From assembly GCA_964016885.1 (NCBI GenBank), contig OZ024742.1:371008001-371072000 (forward strand): 64,000 bases of DNA, given 5' to 3'. This document shows positions 61,401 to 64,000 of this stretch, in pieces. Below the pieces are notes generated by a model. That model searched no databases. It saw only the letters and a program-made list of their open reading frames with translations, and was not told the origin of the DNA. Both the position numbers and the translations under genes were made by a program. Each line of letters starts with the position of its first letter. The first letter of the stretch is position 1. This DNA is from Eledone cirrhosa. Its lineage: Eukaryota.

Positions 61401-64000
61401 ATCAAGTAATACATACATCTAGAACTACATACAACACAAGCAGGTAATACACACATCTAGGACCACATACAACACACAATCAAGTAATCCATACATCTAG
61501 GACTACATACAACACACAATCAAGTAATACATACATCTAGAACCACACACAACACAAGCAGGTAATACATACATCGAGGACCACATACAACACACAATCA
61601 AGTAATACATACATCTAGGTCTACATACAACACAAGCAGGTAATACATACATCTAGGACTACATACAACACACAATCAAGTAATCCATACATCTAGGACT
61701 ACATACAACACACAATCAAGTAATACATACATCTAGGACCACACACAACACAAGCAGGTAATACATACATCTAGGACTACATACAAGACACAATCAAGTA
61801 ATAAATACATCTAGGACTAAATACAACACAAGCAGGTAATACACACATCTAGGACTACATACAACACACAATCAAGTAATACATACATCTAGGACCACAC
61901 ACAACACAAGCAGGTAATACATACATCTAGGACTACATACAACACACAATCAAGTAATACATACATCTAGGACTACATAGAACACAAGCAGGTAATACAT
62001 ACATCTAGGACTACATACAACACACAATCAAGTAATACATACATCTAGGACCACACACAACACAAGCATGTAATACATACATCTAGGACTACATACAACA
62101 CACAATCAAGTAATACATACATCTAGGACTACATACAACACAAGCAGGTAATACATACATCTTGGACTACATACAACACACAATCAAGTAATAAATACAT
62201 CTAGGACTACATACGACACAAGCAGGTAATACATACATGTAGGACCACATACAACACACAATCAAGTAATAAATACATCTAGGACTACATACAACACAAG
62301 CAGGTAATACACACATCTAGGACCACATACAACACACAATCAAGTAATACATACATCTAGGACTACATACAACACAAGCAGGTAATACACACATCTAGGA
62401 CCACATACAACACACAATCAAGTAATAAATACATCTAGGACTACATACAACACAAGCAGGTAATACATACATCTTGGACTACATACAACACACAATCAAG
62501 TAATACATACATCTAGGACTACATACAACACAAGCAGGTAATACATACATCTAGGACCACATACAACACACAATCAAGTAATAAATACATCTAGGACTAC
62601 ATACAACACAAGCAGGTAATACATACATCTAGGACCACATACAACACACAATCAAGTAATAAATACATCTAGGACCACATACAACACACAATCAAGTAAT
62701 AAATACATCTAGGACTACATACAACAAAAATCAAGTAATACACACATCTAGGACTACATACAACACACAATCAAGTAATACACACATCTAGGACTACATA
62801 CAACACAATCAAGTAATAAATACATCTAGGACTACATACAACACAAGCAGGTAATACATACATCTAAGACTCCATAAAACACACAATCAAGTAATATATA
62901 CATCTAGGACTACATACAACACAAGCAGGTAATACATACATCTAGGACCACATACAACACACAATCAAGTAATACATACATCTAGGACTACATACAACAC
63001 AAGCAGGTAATACATACATCTAGGACCACATACAACACACAATCAAGTAATCCATACATCTAGGACCACACACAATACGAGCAGGTAATACATACATCTA
63101 GGACTACATACAACACACAATAAAGTAATACATACATCTAGGACTACCTACAACACACAATCAAGTAATACATACATCTAGGACCACACACAACACAAGC
63201 AGGTAATACATACATCTAGGACTACATACAACACACAATCAAGTAATAAATACATCTAGGACTAAATACAACACAAGCAGGTAATACACACATCTAGGAC
63301 TACATACAACACACAATCAAGTAATACATACATCTAGGACCACACACAACACAAGCAGGTAATACATACATCTAGGACTACATACAACACACAATCAAGT
63401 AATACATACATCTAGGACTACATACAACACAAGCAGGTAATACATACATCTAGGACTACATACAACACAAGCAGGTAATACACACATCTAGGACCACATA
63501 CAACACACAATCAAGTAATACATACATCTAGGACTACATACAACACAAGCAGGTAATACATACATCTAGGTTCATATACAACACACAATCAAGTAATACA
63601 TACATCTAGGACTACATACAACACAAGCAGGTAATACATACATGTAGGACCACATACAACACACAATCAAGTAATCCATACATCTAGGACTACATACAAC
63701 ACAAGCAGGTAAAACATACATCTAGGACCACATACAACACACAATCAAGTAATCCATACATCTAGGACTACATACAACACAAGCAGGTAATACATACATG
63801 TAGGACCACTACAACACACAATCAAGTAATAAATACATCTAGGACTACATACAACACAAGCAGGTAATACACACATCTAGGACCACATACAACACACAAT
63901 CAAGTAATACATACATCTAGGACTACATACAACACAAGCAGGTAATACATACATCTAGGTTCATATACAACACACAATCAAGTAATACATACATCTAGGA
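57200..64000 (+). repeat. ~3.44-3.52-kb tandem block duplication
   Basis: CATCGAGG 58133/61572 and GGACTACATAGAACAC 58531/61970 (3439); CTAAGACTCC 59347/62864 (3517). Confidence 0.8.

Larger units (their letters stand above)
3624..64000 (+). repeat. Satellite DNA array, 38/40-bp monomers, ~60.4 kb, runs off the right edge
   Basis: Main monomers GTAATACATACATCTAGGACTACATACAACACAAGCAG (38 bp) and GTAATACATACATCTAGGACCACATACAACACACAATCAA (40 bp), head-to-tail in one orientation, often alternating as a 78-bp dimer; no non-satellite insertion seen. Confidence 0.99.

Noticed and set aside
3624-64000. CRISPR array
   Set aside because: Units are contiguous tandem copies with no unique spacers, there are no cas genes, and the context is eukaryotic.
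3624-64000. Telomeric repeat
   Set aside because: No TTAGGG/TTAGG-type unit, and the GT-rich strand runs towards the non-satellite flank rather than towards the open end.

Overview
Eukaryotic, gene-free window. The RT family and the (TA)n-rich flank suggest an invertebrate, possibly a mollusc or cephalopod (inference only). Bases 1-~3620 are a dense mosaic of repeats: (i) a 270-bp near-perfect palindrome whose apex folds into a Y-shaped double hairpin, with a partial direct copy 418 bp downstream; (ii) a 112-bp foldback embedded in (TA)n; (iii) a 5'-truncated, stop-free RTE-clade non-LTR retrotransposon on the minus strand, with no endonuclease, a YPDD in place of YADD, a C4HC3 PHD-type finger inside the RT and an (ATG)n tail; (iv) a decayed 3' fragment of a second RTE family on the plus strand. 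From ~3624 to the window end (~60.4 kb, roughly 1,550 monomers) is one uninterrupted, single-orientation satellite of 38/40-bp monomers. It shows a 78-bp dimer, nested higher-order duplications (310 bp to 4.26 kb) and a change of variant dialect at ~46 kb. All ORFs inside the array are repeat artefacts. I found no CRISPR array, rRNA, tRNA or host gene. Offsets were counted by eye from diagnostic variants and block boundaries are approximate.
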